A stretch of DNA of 64,000 nt from an uncultured Trueperaceae bacterium. Lineage in GTDB: Bacteria; Deinococcota; Deinococci; Deinococcales; Trueperaceae. A program made the translations under genes and the position numbers. Positions 37,585 to 47,809 of this stretch are shown in pieces (within the stretch, counting starts at the first letter, position 1; every line of letters begins with the position of its first letter). The notes beneath the pieces are model-generated. The model saw nothing but the letters and a program-made list of their open reading frames with translations. It was not told the origin of the DNA and made no database searches. Location: contig CAWCXJ010000001.1 of the NCBI GenBank assembly GCA_963799485.1, positions 128,001 through 192,000 on the forward strand, written 5' to 3'.

Positions 37585-39036
37585 GTGGCAGATTCGCAAC
37601 AACGTTCAGGTATACGAAGTAAAAAGCTTTTAGGCTTGACGGGTCTACTCGTCTTGCTGGTCGCGTGCAGCGAACCGCAAACGCCTGCTCCGAACGAGCC
37701 GGACGGCGGGATAACCGAACCACCCCCGACCCAGACCCGGACGCTGACGACCTGGACGATCGACCCGGAGTTTGCGGTGAACGAGTTGGACGCCGAAACG
37801 CAGGTCTGGTACGAAAGGGTCAAACTCGAGATCGCCGCCGAAAGTCGCCGCCCCTGCCCCGCTGCGGGAACGGCGCTCGCCGACTACCCCAACAATTACG
37901 GGGGTTCGCCGACGCTTTCCGCCTGCTCCGGCGTCAAACATTACATAGGCCGCAGCGTCAACGGTTGGGTTACGGCGCTGCTGAGCGTCTTCCGGCTTAC
38001 CGGCGACCGTGCGCTGCTCGAGGAGGTCGACCGGGTGATGGAGCTGGCCCGCGCGCAACTAGCAGACACCGACGGCGACGGCTGGCGCAACTTCAAATCG
38101 CTTCCTTCGATCACCGGAACCGACTTCAACCTTAAAGAGGACGACCTCTCTCACGCCTTTATCCCCGAAGTGATCTACGCCTTTAGAAAAAATGCGGCAT
38201 ACAGCACCGCCGAGTACGACTACGCCGCCCACGCCGACGCCTGGTTGGCGTACCTCCGCAACGATTTCGAGGCCAAGTGGGCCGGACGCGGCGAGACCCG
38301 GGCTACCGAAGGGCTCCCCGTCCACCGCCTGATGCATCCTTTTATCGATATGGTTCGCTACACCACCTATATGACCAAAGTGCTCCCCGACGACGCCCGC
38401 TACACGCGCTTAAGTCGGCGTTTGGGCGCGACGGCGCTAGCAGAGTTTCGGACCGACACCACCGCTAACGGCGAAGCGTTCGTCTGGTCGCACGAAGTCC
38501 GGGGTTACGCGGGTATCAGCCCCGACGCGTGCCTGACCTTACAGATGGGAACCTATCCGACCGAGACGATGCAGTCGTTTCTAGACCTGGCGCTCGAGGG
38601 CGTACCGGGGTTTGCCGACCCCGTAAAGTTGCAAAAACTCTCGCGTACCTTGTCTGAGTCGATCCTCGAGCCCAACCGCGTCGGCTTTATGTATAAAGAC
38701 GTGGGCGGGCCCCGCAACGGAATCATCAGTCCGGCAGAGCGTAAACAGACCGTGATCGACGGCTGGTGTTTTGAAGACGTCAATTATTCGCCGGGCAACG
38801 AGCCGGGCAACTGGTTTCGTTCCATAGGCGCTTACCGCGTTTTTAACTACGGCTTTTTTGCAGCGTTTGCGCCCAGTGCGGCCACCCCGCTGGCTGAGAC
38901 CGAAATCTACCGGGTCAACCTCGAGGCTTACGGCGACCCTAGAAGCCCTGCAACGCAGTTATCATCAGCCGCTATTCCGGCTGCGATGGTCTTTGCCGAG
39001 CTTTACAACACGGGCGCTTATCCTATCGGACAATAA
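37585..39036 (+). CDS. Uncharacterised lipoprotein, probably alpha-helical toroid fold
   Basis: SD AGGAG, lipobox LVAC, Pro/Thr linker, FRLTGDRALL helix motif, DTDGDG Ca-loop-like motif. Confidence 0.7.
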   Translation: MADSQQRSGIRSKKLLGLTGLLVLLVACSEPQTPAPNEPDGGITEPPPTQTRTLTTWTIDPEFAVNELDAETQVWYERVKLEIAAESRRPCPAAGTALADYPNNYGGSPTLSACSGVKHYIGRSVNGWVTALLSVFRLTGDRALLEEVDRVMELARAQLADTDGDGWRNFKSLPSITGTDFNLKEDDLSHAFIPEVIYAFRKNAAYSTAEYDYAAHADAWLAYLRNDFEAKWAGRGETRATEGLPVHRLMHPFIDMVRYTTYMTKVLPDDARYTRLSRRLGATALAEFRTDTTANGEAFVWSHEVRGYAGISPDACLTLQMGTYPTETMQSFLDLALEGVPGFADPVKLQKLSRTLSESILEPNRVGFMYKDVGGPRNGIISPAERKQTVIDGWCFEDVNYSPGNEPGNWFRSIGAYRVFNYGFFAAFAPSAATPLAETEIYRVNLEAYGDPRSPATQLSSAAIPAAMVFAELYNTGAYPIGQ

Positions 39037-39144
39037 CGCCTTTGACGATAAGCCCACTATCCTGAGTCTAGTAATGGGCTTGTTGTATTTGCCGAGCTGC
39101 ACCGCTTACGTCAAACACTGATGTCAAGCGCACTCAAACCGTAT

Positions 39145-41046
39145 TTAACTCGGTTTCGGCATCATCCCCGGTGGTAGCAGCGGCCCCTTCGACGGTTTTT
39201 CAGGTTGGCTGGCCGGCGGCGGCGTAACTACGTCGAGCGGCGCTTCGTAAGGAACTTCGGGCAGCGTTTCGCCGCGCATGATGGCGGCGAACTCTTCGGC
39301 GTGCAGCGTTTCGCGCTCCAACAGTACCCGGACGATGGTCTCGAGCCCTTCCCGGTTTTCTTTTAAGAGGTTCAGGGTGCGGGTGTACTGAATATCGATA
39401 ATCTCTTTGATCTCGTTATCGACCATTCGGGCGGTTTCTTCGCTGTACGAGCGCATCCCCTCCATTTCGCCCAGGTACGATTCGGAACCGCTCGACAAGG
39501 CCACCCGCCCGAGCGCGTCGCTCATGCCCCAGTTCGTGACCATCCGTTTGGCAATATTCGTGGCCTGCTGAAAGTCGCTCTGCGCGCCCGTGGTCACGTC
39601 GTCGAAGATAATCTCTTCGGCGGCGCGCCCCGCTAGTGCCACGCCGATGGTGTCTAGCAACATGTCGCGTGACATGTACATGCGGTCTTCTTCGGCGACG
39701 CGCATCACGTACCCACCGGCGCGACCACGCGGGACGATGGTGATCTTATGCACCGGGTCGGCGTGGGGCAGCAAAAACGCCGCGAGCGCGTGCCCGCCTT
39801 CGTGGTACGCCGTAATTTTCTTCTCTTTCGGGCTGATAAGCCGGCTCCGGCGCTCCGGCCCCATCACCACGCGGTCGGCGGCTTCGTCAAGGTCTTTAGG
39901 CAAAATCTCTTTACGGTTGGCGCGCGCCGCGACCAGCGCGGCTTCGTTGAGGAGGTTCTCGAGGTCGGCCCCGACAAACCCCGGCGTGCGTTTGGCGACG
40001 GTACTAAGGTCAACACTTTTGGCAAGGGGTTTCCCGCGCGAGTGAATCTGCAAAATCGCGGCCCGCCCCCGCATATCGGGCGCGTCTACGACCACCTGCC
40101 GGTCGAACCGGCCCGGACGCAGGAGTGCGGGGTCTAGCACATCGGGACGGTTCGTCGCGGCGATGATGATGATGTCGTGTTTCGACTCGAAGCCGTCCAT
40201 CTCGACCAAAAGCGCGTTCAAGGTTTGTTCGCGTTCGTCGTTGCCGCCGTTGATATTCATGCCGCGCCGCCGCCCGACCGCGTCGATTTCGTCGATAAAG
40301 ACGATGCACGGGGCGCTCTTTTTGGCGTTTTCAAAGAGGTCACGGACGCGGGCTGCGCCGACGCCGACGAACATCTCGACGAAATCCGAACCGGAAATGC
40401 TGAAAAACGGCACCTTGGCTTCACCGGCGACGGCTTTAGCGAGGTGCGTTTTGCCCGATCCGGGCGGCCCGGCCATCAGCACACCGTGGGGAATCCGCGC
40501 GCCGAGCGCGTGAAACTTGCCGGGATTTTTAAGAAACTCGACGACCTCGAAAAGATCGTTTTTGGCTTCCTCGACGCCTGCCACATCCCGAAACAGGGTT
40601 TGTGAGTGCTCTTCGGTGACGATGCGCGCGCGCGATTTGCCGAACTGCATCGCGCCGTCGCCACCCGAACGCATCCCGCGCATCAGGTACCATAAAAAGG
40701 CGACCATCAGCAAGATGGGTAGCAGGGCGATTAAAAGCCCGCCCCAGTTTTGCGCGCGCGGGGCGACCTCGAGACTCCCGACTTTGGCCTCGATGGCGTT
40801 GAGTTCGTCGGTACTTAGGGGCGCGTTGACGCGCGTGGTGTAGGTTTCACCGCTTTTGGCCTTGACCTCTAAAGCCAGGTCTTTGACCGTTACAGCATCG
40901 ATCTGTGCGCCCTCGAGCTGTCTCGAGAAGTACGTGTAACTCTGCGTATCCGCGCGGTTGCGGGCGTTATTTTGTGAGGCGACGAAGACGACAAACCCCA
41001 GTACTGCGGCCCCGATAAGCAGGCTCCGAATTGGAAATTTCCCCAT
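39145..41046 (-). CDS. ftsH: ATP-dependent zinc metalloprotease FtsH (copy 1)
   Basis: Two TMs, [37 protein letters not shown]. Confidence 0.96.
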   Translation of the reverse strand: MGKFPIRSLLIGAAVLGFVVFVASQNNARNRADTQSYTYFSRQLEGAQIDAVTVKDLALEVKAKSGETYTTRVNAPLSTDELNAIEAKVGSLEVAPRAQNWGGLLIALLPILLMVAFLWYLMRGMRSGGDGAMQFGKSRARIVTEEHSQTLFRDVAGVEEAKNDLFEVVEFLKNPGKFHALGARIPHGVLMAGPPGSGKTHLAKAVAGEAKVPFFSISGSDFVEMFVGVGAARVRDLFENAKKSAPCIVFIDEIDAVGRRRGMNINGGNDEREQTLNALLVEMDGFESKHDIIIIAATNRPDVLDPALLRPGRFDRQVVVDAPDMRGRAAILQIHSRGKPLAKSVDLSTVAKRTPGFVGADLENLLNEAALVAARANRKEILPKDLDEAADRVVMGPERRSRLISPKEKKITAYHEGGHALAAFLLPHADPVHKITIVPRGRAGGYVMRVAEEDRMYMSRDMLLDTIGVALAGRAAEEIIFDDVTTGAQSDFQQATNIAKRMVTNWGMSDALGRVALSSGSESYLGEMEGMRSYSEETARMVDNEIKEIIDIQYTRTLNLLKENREGLETIVRVLLERETLHAEEFAAIMRGETLPEVPYEAPLDVVTPPPASQPEKPSKGPLLPPGMMPKPS

Positions 41047-41165
41047 AGATTATTCTACTCTTTCACGGTTCTCAAAGTATGGAAGAAAAGTAGCAATACA
41101 GGCCGCAGTGCGCAGAAAGCAGTGAGCAACGAGTGCTAAAGCGTTTACTCATGACTCGTTGCTGC

Positions 41166-42497
41166 TTATTGCAGCTTTGCTAAATCATTAAAGCGCACGT
41201 GCGCGTTGTGAAACTGCAACTCGACGGTGCCGACCGGGCCGTTGCGCTGTTTGCCCAGGATGATTTCGGCGATACCCTGCTTTTCCGAGTGTGGGTCGTA
41301 GTATTCGTCGCGGTAGATAAACATCACCAGGTCTGCGTCTTGTTCAATTGCGCCCGATTCACGCAAATCTGAAAGCATCGGGCGTTTGTTGGGCCGCGAC
41401 TCTACCGCGCGCGAAAGCTGCGACAAAACCAAAACCGGGATGTCTAGTTCACGGGCCAGCGCTTTAAGACCGCGCGAGATAGAAGAAATTTCCTGCTGCC
41501 GGTTTTCACCGCCCCCGCTCCGGCTCGAGCCCTGCATCAGCTGCAAATAGTCGATCACGATCAGCCCTAGGTTGTGTTCCGCCATCAGCCGCCGTGAGCG
41601 GCTCCGGAGTTCCATCACCGTCATATCGGCGGCGTCGTCGATAAATATTTTGGCTTCGGACATCTTCCCGGCAGTGTCGGCAAGCCGCTGAAAATCCCGG
41701 TCTGAAAGTTGCCCGTTCCGCACCCGGCTCATATCGACGCGGGCTTCGCTGCAGAGCATCCGCATCACGAGCTGTACGGCGGACATCTCGAGGGAAAAAA
41801 TTCCGACGGTTGTTCCTTCGCGTAAGGCGACCGCTTGACCGATGGTCAAGGCCAGCGCGGTTTTGCCCATACTTGGCCGCGCTGCCAGCACGTTTAGCGA
41901 TGAGGGTTGGAGGCCCGCCGTCAGATTGTCGAGTTCCTTAAAGCCGGTGCGAAGGCCGGTAATCGGGTCGGGGTTGGTGAATAACTCGTTGATCTGCGCG
42001 AAAGAGTCGGCAACCAGAGACGGCATCCCCTCGAAGGCGTGGGTGCGTTTGTTCGATGAGAGTTCAAAAATCCCCGACTCGGCCTTGTCTAAAATCTGCT
42101 CCAAGGGCAGCGCCTGGTCATACGCCGTCTGCATAATCGATCCCGAGGCCGAGATTAAATCACGCAACACCGCTTTTTCGGCGACGATGCGGGCGTAACT
42201 TTCGGCGTAGGCGGCGGTCGGTACAGAGTCGGCCAGGCCAATCAAGTACGGCACGCTGCCGACGGTCTCCAACTCGCCTGTTTGCCGTAATTCTTCAGTC
42301 AGCGTCACCAAATCCATCGGTTCGTTGCGCCGGAAGAGGCGTTCGCACGCCCGCCAGATTTTACGGTGACTCTCTTTATAAAAATGCTCGGCTTGCAGCG
42401 TCCCTTCGATCTGCGCGTAAACCTCGTTGTCGAGTAAAATGCTGCCCAGCACGCTCTGTTCGGCCTCGAGGTTTTGCGGTGGGGTGCGGGAGTCCAT
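41166..42497 (-). CDS. dnaB: Replicative DNA helicase
   Basis: PPQNLEAEQSVLG, ARPSMGKT, IDYLQL, SDLRESGAIEQDAD, KQRNGPVG; no intein. Confidence 0.97.
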   Translation of the reverse strand: MDSRTPPQNLEAEQSVLGSILLDNEVYAQIEGTLQAEHFYKESHRKIWRACERLFRRNEPMDLVTLTEELRQTGELETVGSVPYLIGLADSVPTAAYAESYARIVAEKAVLRDLISASGSIMQTAYDQALPLEQILDKAESGIFELSSNKRTHAFEGMPSLVADSFAQINELFTNPDPITGLRTGFKELDNLTAGLQPSSLNVLAARPSMGKTALALTIGQAVALREGTTVGIFSLEMSAVQLVMRMLCSEARVDMSRVRNGQLSDRDFQRLADTAGKMSEAKIFIDDAADMTVMELRSRSRRLMAEHNLGLIVIDYLQLMQGSSRSGGGENRQQEISSISRGLKALARELDIPVLVLSQLSRAVESRPNKRPMLSDLRESGAIEQDADLVMFIYRDEYYDPHSEKQGIAEIILGKQRNGPVGTVELQFHNAHVRFNDLAKLQ

Positions 42498-42855
42498 TAC
42501 GCGCGACCGGGGGTGAAAGGCTGATTGGGTAGGGGAGAAAGTAGGGTCACGACCTAGAATTGTACCGGATTGACAAACGCTCTGAAACTAGGTAGACGGG
42601 AGTTACCGGAGCGTGAGGAGAGAACGCAGGCAGTAGGGTGCATACCGGGGTCGCCAACCCGGAACCGTGCCCTGCCAATCCTTAAAACGTTCGTGATAGA
42701 CGAGTGCGCGGTGCATCAGCGCCAAGGCCGTCACCTCGAGCCGTAACGGAACTTTCCAGCCTCACCAGACAGCTTTCTCTTGCCCCCATGCGCTACCAAC
42801 GACCAAACAGCCGCCGCAATAAACCCGCGTTCATCTGGGACAGGTACAATAGGCC

Positions 42856-44553
42856 GTGCCTGTTTTCTTCGCTCTGCTCGCCCTGTGCACCGCTTACGGT
42901 GTCGGGTCGCTGCCTCTAGGTGGGCGCTGGGTCGCCTTTGTGAGCGGTCAAAACCCGGCGACCACGAGCGCGCACAACCTGGGCGTTGAAAATCTGCTGC
43001 GGTTTGTCGGCGTACCGGCGGCGCTCGGCTCGTTTTTGCTCGACGCGACCAAGGGGATTTTGGCGCTCGCACTTTTTGCCGGAAACCCGTGGGCGGCGCT
43101 CGGCGTTTACGCCGGACATCTTTACCCGCTCCCCTGGTGGCGAAACGAGCTTCCGCGTGGGCGCGGTAACGGGGTGCTTTTAGGGATTTTGGCGGGGCTT
43201 TGGGTTTACGGCGGGGTTCCCTTTGTCCTGACCCTGGTACCGATTCTGGTCTACGCTGCGCTGCTGGGTTGGCGCAGATACGTCTCTTTAGCGACGACTG
43301 CCGGACTCCTGAGCCTGCCGCTGCTCGCGCCGGGCGCACCTGCCGGATATCTACCTGCTGCGCTCGGGATTGCGCTGCTCGGGGTGTGGCGTCACAAGGT
43401 CAGTCTGGCCCGGATTCTGGACGGCACCGAAGCGCGGCTCGGCGACCCGCCGCCGGTGCGGGGCGTCGACCCGAACGTGGTTTACGCCGCGTTTATGATC
43501 CATCCGCTGACCCTAGACGACCTCTGGCAGTCGCACAGTGCCCGCTGGCTCAGGCCGCTGGCACGGCGCGGCTTGCTTCCAGAACCGCTCGTGCGGCTTT
43601 TGGTCAGGTGGCTGCGTCCGCAGTGGAGCGGCGATATTCGCGGCATTACCCTCTCGGACGGACGCGAGTTGCGGGTCATGTTGATCGGTGGGCCGATGCT
43701 CCCCGATCAGATTCGGCGTTATCCGGACGAGGCCCTGCGGATGGCGACGCAGGGCGCGCGGCTTGCCTACGAACTCGGTGCCGAGGCGTTCGGTTTGGGA
43801 GCGTTTTGGTCTACGGTCGGCAACAAAGGTTTAGACGTTCAAGCTGCCGTTCCTGAGCTGCCTATTACCAACGGCGGCGCGTACACCGCCGGAACGGTGC
43901 GCGCGGCGCTGCCGGGCTTGCTGGCACGCTTTGCGGCTTCGGACAGGTCACCGGGACAAGCAACTGCCGCCGTAGTCGGAGCCAATGGCGTGGTGGCGTT
44001 CGGCATCGCTCGCACGGTCGCGCCTGAGGTTGCGCGGCTTATCTTGATCGGTCGTGACGCCGCGCGGCTTTCCAGAAGTGCCCGCACGCTCCTGCGTAAA
44101 TACCCGCAAACCGATATTCTCGTCTCGACGGATATGGGCTGCGTTGCCGAAGCCGACCTGGTTTTTACGGCGACCTCCGACCCTGAGGCGGTCGTGTTTG
44201 CCGAACACGTCAAACCGGGGGCGTGGATTTTCGACTTGGGTCGTCCCGCCGACGTGGACGAAGGCGTCCGTCAAGTTTCGGGCGTTGTACTGATCCCCGG
44301 TGGCGTGGTCAGGCCACCCGGGGCCGCAGAGAGTTCACTCGACTTGCATTTCGGTGACGGTCTGGTTCCGGCGTGTCTGGCTGAAACGATGATCATGACG
44401 GCGAGCCGCGCGTTTGAACGCAAATCGCTTGGTGAGCGCACGAAAGAGGCGAACATCGCGTTTTACGTTGCGGAAGGTGCGCGGCTCGGGTTTGAAGTCG
44501 TGACCGGCGACCCACAGCAGCCCGCACCGGCTCCTATACTGGAGATTGCGTGA
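42856..44553 (+). CDS. Fusion of a divergent PlsY-like acyltransferase (N-term) and an acyl-ACP-reductase-like NAD(P)-binding domain (C-term)
   Basis: PlsY-like HNLGVENLLR, DATKG, GHLYP..GRG, RH..L.R...G.E; C-terminal FMIHP, GLGAF, TNG..YTA, VVGANG, D.GRP.DV, PACLAETM. Confidence 0.8.
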   Translation: MPVFFALLALCTAYGVGSLPLGGRWVAFVSGQNPATTSAHNLGVENLLRFVGVPAALGSFLLDATKGILALALFAGNPWAALGVYAGHLYPLPWWRNELPRGRGNGVLLGILAGLWVYGGVPFVLTLVPILVYAALLGWRRYVSLATTAGLLSLPLLAPGAPAGYLPAALGIALLGVWRHKVSLARILDGTEARLGDPPPVRGVDPNVVYAAFMIHPLTLDDLWQSHSARWLRPLARRGLLPEPLVRLLVRWLRPQWSGDIRGITLSDGRELRVMLIGGPMLPDQIRRYPDEALRMATQGARLAYELGAEAFGLGAFWSTVGNKGLDVQAAVPELPITNGGAYTAGTVRAALPGLLARFAASDRSPGQATAAVVGANGVVAFGIARTVAPEVARLILIGRDAARLSRSARTLLRKYPQTDILVSTDMGCVAEADLVFTATSDPEAVVFAEHVKPGAWIFDLGRPADVDEGVRQVSGVVLIPGGVVRPPGAAESSLDLHFGDGLVPACLAETMIMTASRAFERKSLGERTKEANIAFYVAEGARLGFEVVTGDPQQPAPAPILEIA

Positions 44554-44601
44554 AGTGTCCCAGATGACAGGTTTTAGATCAGCTCTAAATAAAGGGCTCG
44601 A

Positions 44602-45384
44602 GTGACCCCTAAAGGCGCAGCTTTTCGGATGCCGGGGCGCAGCGAAGACCCGGACGTGGCCCGTTTGTGGGACTACGGTTGCACGGGTATTCTGGAAGCG
44701 GACGGCGAACTCGTCGCGTATTTCGGCGCACCTGTGGCACTGCCTTTTGAAGGTAGCTGGGAAGCCGTCGGGGATACCGACTGGGTCGCTGAATACCACC
44801 GGACGCTCCGACCTGTTAGTGTCGGTCGGCTGGTGGTCGCGCCGACGCACCACACGGCGACACTCTCCGCGCCGCAGCGCCCGCTCTGGCTCGATCCGGG
44901 CATGGCGTTTGGTAGCGGGCATCACGAAACGACCCAGCTGGCACTTTCCGCCCTCGAGCAAACTCCCTTACGCGGCCGCCGCGTCCTCGATGTGGGTGCG
45001 GGTTCGGGTGTGCTGGCGATTGCCGCAGATATTCTGGGCGCTGCCGACGCCGAAGGGCTCGATATCGACCCCGACACGGTGCCGGTTGCCGCGGCGAACA
45101 CGGCGCTCAACTTTTCCAGAGCGCACTTTTCGGTTGGGACACTAGCAGACAAGCTGGCACCCGCCGATATCGTCGTCGCCAACCTTTTTGCCGAGTTGCA
45201 CGCGGAGCTGGCCCCGGCCTACCTGAAGGTGCTCAAACCGGGCGGCCTGCTTTTCGTGACCGGGATTTTGGCGGAACGCGAGCGGGTTGCTCGGGACGCG
45301 CTGACGGCGCTTTTCGGCGACCTCGAGACCGAAACCAAAGGGGAATGGGTGCTCTTAAAGGGCCGGAAACCGGAGAACGCGTGA
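44602..45384 (+). CDS. prmA: Ribosomal protein L11 methyltransferase
   Basis: LDPGMAFGSGHHETT, LDVGAGSGVLAI, VANL, TGIL. Confidence 0.93.
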   Translation: MTPKGAAFRMPGRSEDPDVARLWDYGCTGILEADGELVAYFGAPVALPFEGSWEAVGDTDWVAEYHRTLRPVSVGRLVVAPTHHTATLSAPQRPLWLDPGMAFGSGHHETTQLALSALEQTPLRGRRVLDVGAGSGVLAIAADILGAADAEGLDIDPDTVPVAAANTALNFSRAHFSVGTLADKLAPADIVVANLFAELHAELAPAYLKVLKPGGLLFVTGILAERERVARDALTALFGDLETETKGEWVLLKGRKPENA

Positions 45385-46088
45385 GGGTTCACCGTGTGTT
45401 TGTGCCTGGCCTCGAGGCCGGGGAAACGGCCCTCACGGGCGGTGAAGCGCAGCATCTCGCGCAGGTCTTGCGGGTTCAGCCGGGAGCGCGGGTGCGGGCC
45501 TTTGATGGGACGGGGCTCGAGGCTGACGGTCTGATAACCGAGGTTGCGGCTTTGCGCGTCACTATAGCGCTGGATACTCCGCAAAAGGGCACCGCCGAGG
45601 CGTCTTTAGACGTTGCCCTGGCCGTCGCGCTGCTAAAAGGCGACAAACTGAGCGAGGTCGTCCGGCGCGGCACCGAACTCGGCGTCAAGCACTTTGCACT
45701 TTTCGTCAGCGAACGCTGCGACGTGCGCGCGCTGTCGCCCAACAAACTAGACCGCTTGCGGCGGGTGGCCCGGGAAGCGTCGAAACAGTCGGGGCGGAGC
45801 GTGGTGCCGGAGGTGGCGGTAGTAGAGAGGCTCGAGGCTCTCGCTCTGGACGGCTTCAGCCTCGTCGCCGCGCCGCACGCAAAGCTGACCTTGGGGCAAA
45901 TCCTCAGTGACGCTGCCCCTGAACGTATCACCGTGATTACCGGCCCCGAAGGTGGCCTGAGCGAAGCTGAAATAACCGGTTTGACCGGGCGGGGGGCCCG
46001 CAGCGTGCGGCTCGGCGCACGTATCTTGCGCGCAGAAACGGCCCCGATTGCCGTCGCTGCCGCGCTGCTTGTTCCGGAGGCGTTATGA
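45381..46088 (+). CDS. rsmE: 16S rRNA m3U1498 methyltransferase
   Basis: HLAQVLR, EASKQSGR, GPEGGL, LGARILRAETA. Confidence 0.95.
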   Translation: MRVHRVFVPGLEAGETALTGGEAQHLAQVLRVQPGARVRAFDGTGLEADGLITEVAALRVTIALDTPQKGTAEASLDVALAVALLKGDKLSEVVRRGTELGVKHFALFVSERCDVRALSPNKLDRLRRVAREASKQSGRSVVPEVAVVERLEALALDGFSLVAAPHAKLTLGQILSDAAPERITVITGPEGGLSEAEITGLTGRGARSVRLGARILRAETAPIAVAAALLVPEAL

Positions 46089-46483
46089 GGCTGGTTTTAC
46101 TCTCGCTGGTTTTCCCCCTGCTTCTGGGTAGCTGCACCTTCACCTATATTCCGCCGCTGCGTGAGGCGCGCGTGCCCGCACCACGGCTTACGATTGTCGA
46201 TAACAAGAGCGGCCTCGAGCAGAACGAAACGTCGCTCAGGCTTACCCTCGAGCTCGCGACCGTCCCCGAAGCCGACTGGCTGGCGGTGCAGTGGTTCGAC
46301 CCCGGCAACGACGAGGTTGCCGCCGAATCGGTGTGGCTCGAGCCTGCGCCCGACTCCCAGGCGGTCACTGTTCCGCTGCCTCCCAGAATTGCGCTCGAGG
46401 ACGGCCTCTGGCGCGTCGTGGTGTCGTATCAGGGAGAGCTGGCGCGGCAGTTTTCGGTGACGGTCAGGGTGCCGCGCGGTTAG
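46085..46483 (+). CDS. Hypothetical lipoprotein
   Basis: Lipobox LGSC; overlaps the rsmE stop (ATGA); beta-rich. Confidence 0.7.
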   Translation: MRLVLLSLVFPLLLGSCTFTYIPPLREARVPAPRLTIVDNKSGLEQNETSLRLTLELATVPEADWLAVQWFDPGNDEVAAESVWLEPAPDSQAVTVPLPPRIALEDGLWRVVVSYQGELARQFSVTVRVPRG

Positions 46484-46493
46484 CTGTGCGCGC

Positions 46494-47663
46494 TTAGCTG
46501 TGTCCGGTGAGCAGCGTCACCCCGACGCCGCCGTTTTGGAACTCGAGCCTCTCGGACACGTCCAGCGCAACCCAAGCCGGGTCGGGCGTAAGCAGCGCGA
46601 ACGTCCACCCCGGAGACTGCGAGAGCGCAGCGGACAGCTCAGCGTAAAGCTTGCGGGTGTTTTGCGCGTCCAAACGCTTGCCGTAAGGTGGATTGGCGAT
46701 CAAGAGCGGGTTTTTATAACCGGTTTTAAGGTCGTTATAAGGGAGCGTAAGGGCGTCGGCAGGTGTGAGTTTTACGGCGTCCGCGACGCCTGCGCGTTCG
46801 GCGTTGCTGTTTGCGGCGTCCAGCACTCGGGGGTTTTTGTCGAAACCGAGCAGGGTGACGTTCACGTCACGTGCGGCCCCGGCCTCACGTTTAAGCCGTT
46901 CCCACAAGGTTTTTTGAAACCCCGGCAACGCCTCGAAGGCAAACGCGCGTTCGCTGCCTGGGGGAACGCCGCGCAAAAGGCGGGCGGCCTCGAGTAAAAA
47001 CGTCCCGCTGCCGCACAGCGGATCGACAATCAGGTCGAACGTTTCAAAATCCACCGTTTTCAAGATGGCGGCGGCGAGCGTTTCGCGCAGCGGAGCGTCG
47101 CCTACGTGCGTGCGGTAGCCGCGCCGGTGCAGGTGGTCGCCGCTGGTGTCTAGACTCAGGGTACAGCGGTCTTGAAACAGCCGCACGTAAATGTTCAGCG
47201 CCGCGTCAGCAGCTGAGACCGGGCGAAGGCCCAGCGGTAAGACGGCCTTTTGCAGCGCGCTGAGGACGGTTTCGGCAACTTTGGGCGGATAATGAAGCCG
47301 CGAACTCCGGCTGCTGACGTTAAACTGCACCGTCTCCGCAAATCCCAAAAAACGTTCCCACGGAACCTTTGCAGCCTTGTTGTAGAGCATCGGGTACGAC
47401 TGCGCCAAAAACTCGGCGACGCGCCACAAGACCCGGTGAGCCGTGGCGAGCTGCAAGTTGGCGTGATAGATTGTTGTGTAAGGCCCGCGAAACTCGACCC
47501 CGCCGCGCACGGCTTTTACGGCGCTTACAGCGGGTAGTGCCTGAACCTCCTCCAGCAGCACCCCTTCGAAACCGGGCGCACCGACCGCCAGAAAGTCGTG
47601 GGTTTCTTTGAGAACGTAGCGTTTGAGGCGGCGCTCGAGGGCTCTCTGGGTCAGGGATTCCAC
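46494..47663 (-). CDS. THUMP-domain SAM-dependent RNA methyltransferase (RlmL-like)
   Basis: SLDTSGDHLHRRGYR, APLRETLAAA, DPLCGSGT, NPPYG. Confidence 0.9.
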   Translation of the reverse strand: MESLTQRALERRLKRYVLKETHDFLAVGAPGFEGVLLEEVQALPAVSAVKAVRGGVEFRGPYTTIYHANLQLATAHRVLWRVAEFLAQSYPMLYNKAAKVPWERFLGFAETVQFNVSSRSSRLHYPPKVAETVLSALQKAVLPLGLRPVSAADAALNIYVRLFQDRCTLSLDTSGDHLHRRGYRTHVGDAPLRETLAAAILKTVDFETFDLIVDPLCGSGTFLLEAARLLRGVPPGSERAFAFEALPGFQKTLWERLKREAGAARDVNVTLLGFDKNPRVLDAANSNAERAGVADAVKLTPADALTLPYNDLKTGYKNPLLIANPPYGKRLDAQNTRKLYAELSAALSQSPGWTFALLTPDPAWVALDVSERLEFQNGGVGVTLLTGHS

Positions 47664-47809
47664 CCGTCTACTGTACCTGCAACGAGGCTCGCAACGTCAA
47701 GAGGCTGTAAACGAACTTGTGCGTTTAACCGAAACGCTGCAGCTTGCCCATACCCGCCCGGAAAGGTTGAGGCTCGAGCCCGCTGTGAACACGACCAGAG
47801 CGCACAATT

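Noticed and set aside
41166..42497. Possible intein in dnaB or nearby replication origin
   Set aside because: Length and motifs are those of an uninterrupted DnaB, and I saw no DnaA-box cluster in the flanks.
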